Notes under the pieces: generated by a model
Told to the model about the DNA's origin: nothing
Databases searched by the model: none
Seen by the model: the letters and a program-made list of their open reading frames with translations, nothing else
Program-made: the position numbers and the translations under genes
Assembly: GCA_039638295.1 (NCBI GenBank)
Contig: JBDIWJ010000011.1
Span: 1-40,648 of the forward strand
Source of the DNA: Candidatus Phoenicimicrobium oleiphilum
GTDB taxonomy: Bacteria; Atribacterota; Phoenicimicrobiia; Phoenicimicrobiales; Phoenicimicrobiaceae
Reading direction: 5' to 3'
Length of the DNA stretch: 40,648 nt
In this document: one piece after another, positions 38,200 to 40,648 of the stretch
How positions within the stretch are numbered: the stretch's first letter is position 1
Layout of the letters: each line of letters begins with the position of its first letter

Positions 38200-40644
38200 C
38201 TATTTTATTTCTTTACCAAATTCTTTTAATTTTTTAGCGAATTCAGCTAATTTTTTATCTACTAAATAATTTACTGTGTCCTTTTCAAAAGTCCCATCAT
38301 CTTTTCTTTTTCCTGCTTTTACCCCAGTTAATATCTCAATTCCCTGGTCAATAGTCTTTATAGGATAAAGATGGAATTTTCCTGCCTTTATGGCCTCTAC
38401 CACATCTTTTCTCAGCATCAAATCCTGTATGTTTAGTGCTGGTATCATTACACCTTGTGTCCCGGTAAGCCCTTTAGCTTTACATACATCATAGAATCCT
38501 TCAATCTTCTGATTTACTCCACCAATAGGTTGGATTTCTCCTTTTTGATTAATAGAACCGGTGACTGCGATGTCCTGTCTTAATGGTAAATCTGCCAGAC
38601 TGGAGAGTAGGGCATAGACTTCTGTAGAAGAGGCACTATCTCCTTCTACACCACTGTAAGATTGTTCAAAACATATACTTGCATCAACAGTTAAAGGTTT
38701 ATCTTGGGCATATTTTGACCTAAGATAACCACTCAAAATAAGTACTCCTTTATTGTGGGTTTTACCACTTAAATCAGCTTCTCTTTCGATATTGATTATT
38801 CCAGCCCTCCCCAGAGAAGTCCTGGCGGTAATTCGAGTAGGTTTACCAAAAGAGTATTCACCCATGTCATACACTGATAGTCCATTGACCTGACCAATCA
38901 CTGCCCCTTGACAATCAATCATTATGGTCCCTTCTTTTATCATTTCTTGAATCTTCTCTTCTGTCAATCGGAGTCGGTCAATCTTTTCAGCAATAGCTTT
39001 ATCTACGTGTGCTTCTTTAATTACGGGGCTATTATCGATTTTAGCCCAATAATGAGCTTCTCTCAGGACATCTACTAAATCATTGAATTGAGTAGAAATT
39101 TTATTTTGTCTGCCTGCTAAACGAACAGCATGCTCAATAACTGCTGCCAAACCATTTTTATCAAATGGTTTTAATTTTTCTCTTTGGCATATATTTTGAA
39201 CAAAGCAGGCATATTGAAAGAGACTTTCCTCGTCTTTTTTAGTTACTGAGTCAAAATCTGCCCTAACTTTAAATATTTTCTTAAAATCTTCATCGTAGGT
39301 GTAAAGCAGATAGTAAATAAAAGGATCGCCAATCATAATAACTTTGGTATTACATTCTATTGGTTCGGGTTTAAGGGCAGAAGCAGTAAATACGTAAAAA
39401 GGGTCGTAGATTTGTATGTCTATTTTTTTATACAATAAAGCCCTCTTTAAAGTTGGCCAAACAGCTGGTTCTCTCAGAGTATCTAAAGCATTTAAGATTA
39501 AAAATCCCCCATTAGCCCTTAGAAAGGACCCTGCTTTAATTTTGGTGAAATCAGTAGTCCAGTGACCGAATTTATCTAAAGACCTTTCTATAGTCCCAAA
39601 TAAATTTTTATAAGTTGGGGTTGTTTCGAAGATTACTGGTGAAGTTTTAGTTTCTGAATTATCTACTAATACATTTACTAAATATTCCGTGAAATTATCT
39701 TTAGGAACAGCTAATGGTGATCCGGCGATAATTGGTGTTTCTTTGGCTTCTTTTTTTGCTAAAAATTTTTCTATGTTATTCAAGATATTTTCTTTAACTT
39801 CAGCTAAATATAAATTTATTTGTTTGTTTTTAAATTTTTCTTTTAATTCTGAGATTAATTCTTCCACTGCTGGGGCAATCAATTTATTATTTAAAGAAGA
39901 TAATTTTTGCAATAAATCTTTTTCAAGTTTACTAATCTTTTTGGAAATTTCATTTAATTGAAAAGATAGTTCATCGTATTTCTTTTTAATTACTTCAAAG
40001 TCTTTCTCGGAAAATTGTTTTTCTTCTACCATAGATTCTAATTTATCCATATTAACGGGTTTTCCTTCAATTACTGGCACGATTTCTGGTTTAGTATAAA
40101 TTCCAATCTGGATTTGGACTAAAGCAAAATTTTCTTCTTTAACTTTCTTTTCAAATTCTTTCACTAATTCTTTCTGTTTATTTTTAGATTCTTCTATAAG
40201 GGAATTTTTAGTATTTTTATATCTTTCGCTTTCAAAGATAAGAGGTATCTTTTTTCTTAAAGAGGAAATCAAATTTTTCATATCTTTGGCAAATATTTTC
40301 CCCTGACCAGCTGGAAGACTTATTGCTCGAGGCATATCCGGGTTTTTAAAATTATTAACATAACATTTATCATCAAATTCTACACCCTCTCTTTTTCTAC
40401 CTTCTAACAACATTTTGACAGTAGTACTTCTTCCCGTTCCTGCTCTACCCGTAACAAAGATGTTATATCCTAAATGTTCCATTTCCAAACCCAGTTTTAT
40501 GGACTTTAAGGCCCGTTCCTGACCTAATATCTTTTTAGAGGGTTTTAAATCATCAGTAGTCTTAATATTTAATTTGCTAAGGTCGCATTTCCATCTTAAT
40601 TTTTCTATAGGAACCTCTTCATATTTTACATTTTTTATAGCCAT
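38200..40644 (-). CDS. Lon-family protease, LonC-like (AAA-like domain with coiled-coil insert + Lon_C)
   Basis: GQERA, GRAGTGRS, ANGGFLIL, GQVNGLSV, catalytic dyad EGDSAS / GGVNQKIEGF. Confidence 0.9.
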   Translation of the reverse strand: MAIKNVKYEEVPIEKLRWKCDLSKLNIKTTDDLKPSKKILGQERALKSIKLGLEMEHLGYNIFVTGRAGTGRSTTVKMLLEGRKREGVEFDDKCYVNNFKNPDMPRAISLPAGQGKIFAKDMKNLISSLRKKIPLIFESERYKNTKNSLIEESKNKQKELVKEFEKKVKEENFALVQIQIGIYTKPEIVPVIEGKPVNMDKLESMVEEKQFSEKDFEVIKKKYDELSFQLNEISKKISKLEKDLLQKLSSLNNKLIAPAVEELISELKEKFKNKQINLYLAEVKENILNNIEKFLAKKEAKETPIIAGSPLAVPKDNFTEYLVNVLVDNSETKTSPVIFETTPTYKNLFGTIERSLDKFGHWTTDFTKIKAGSFLRANGGFLILNALDTLREPAVWPTLKRALLYKKIDIQIYDPFYVFTASALKPEPIECNTKVIMIGDPFIYYLLYTYDEDFKKIFKVRADFDSVTKKDEESLFQYACFVQNICQREKLKPFDKNGLAAVIEHAVRLAGRQNKISTQFNDLVDVLREAHYWAKIDNSPVIKEAHVDKAIAEKIDRLRLTEEKIQEMIKEGTIMIDCQGAVIGQVNGLSVYDMGEYSFGKPTRITARTSLGRAGIINIEREADLSGKTHNKGVLILSGYLRSKYAQDKPLTVDASICFEQSYSGVEGDSASSTEVYALLSSLADLPLRQDIAVTGSINQKGEIQPIGGVNQKIEGFYDVCKAKGLTGTQGVMIPALNIQDLMLRKDVVEAIKAGKFHLYPIKTIDQGIEILTGVKAGKRKDDGTFEKDTVNYLVDKKLAEFAKKLKEFGKEIK

Positions 40645-40648
40645 TAAA

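Noticed and set aside
37814..38269. 151-aa plus-strand ORF containing VIPAKAGI
   Set aside because: Antisense to TPR and Lon genes; the motif is just the translated GTCATTCCCGCGAAAGCGGGAATC repeat

Overview
Low-GC bacterial window made up mostly of core metabolic genes; an Atribacterota-like anaerobe is my guess from gene content and composition. In order: (1) an argCJBDGH operon behind a 'one-and-a-half' Arg T-box (AGA specifier, two antiterminator/terminator modules); (2) a decayed IS1634-family element; (3) a minus-strand lysA-lysC-dapA-dapB-ddh-dapL operon behind a canonical lysine riboswitch; (4) a Na+/Ca2+-type antiporter, a DUF151 nuclease, a stand-alone B3/4 protein, hisC, clpB and mscS; (5) a minus-strand sigma54-dependent E1a-E1b-E2 + TRAP transporter operon with an AcoR-like activator and lipoate ligase but no E3; (6) a membrane protein, a TPR protein and a LonC-type protease. 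The least explained signal is non-coding. Many longer intergenic gaps are mosaics of shared, nested modules: 7-/8-mer tandem arrays in inverted pairs, GTAG- and GTCAT-type REP-like palindromes, and a 35-37 bp near-perfect palindrome. Some modules sit right after stop codons and others right before RBSs, and no cognate mobilising enzyme is in the window. No CRISPR array, rRNA or tRNA was seen. Start codons were adjusted from the ORF track where RBS position or family N-termini indicated.
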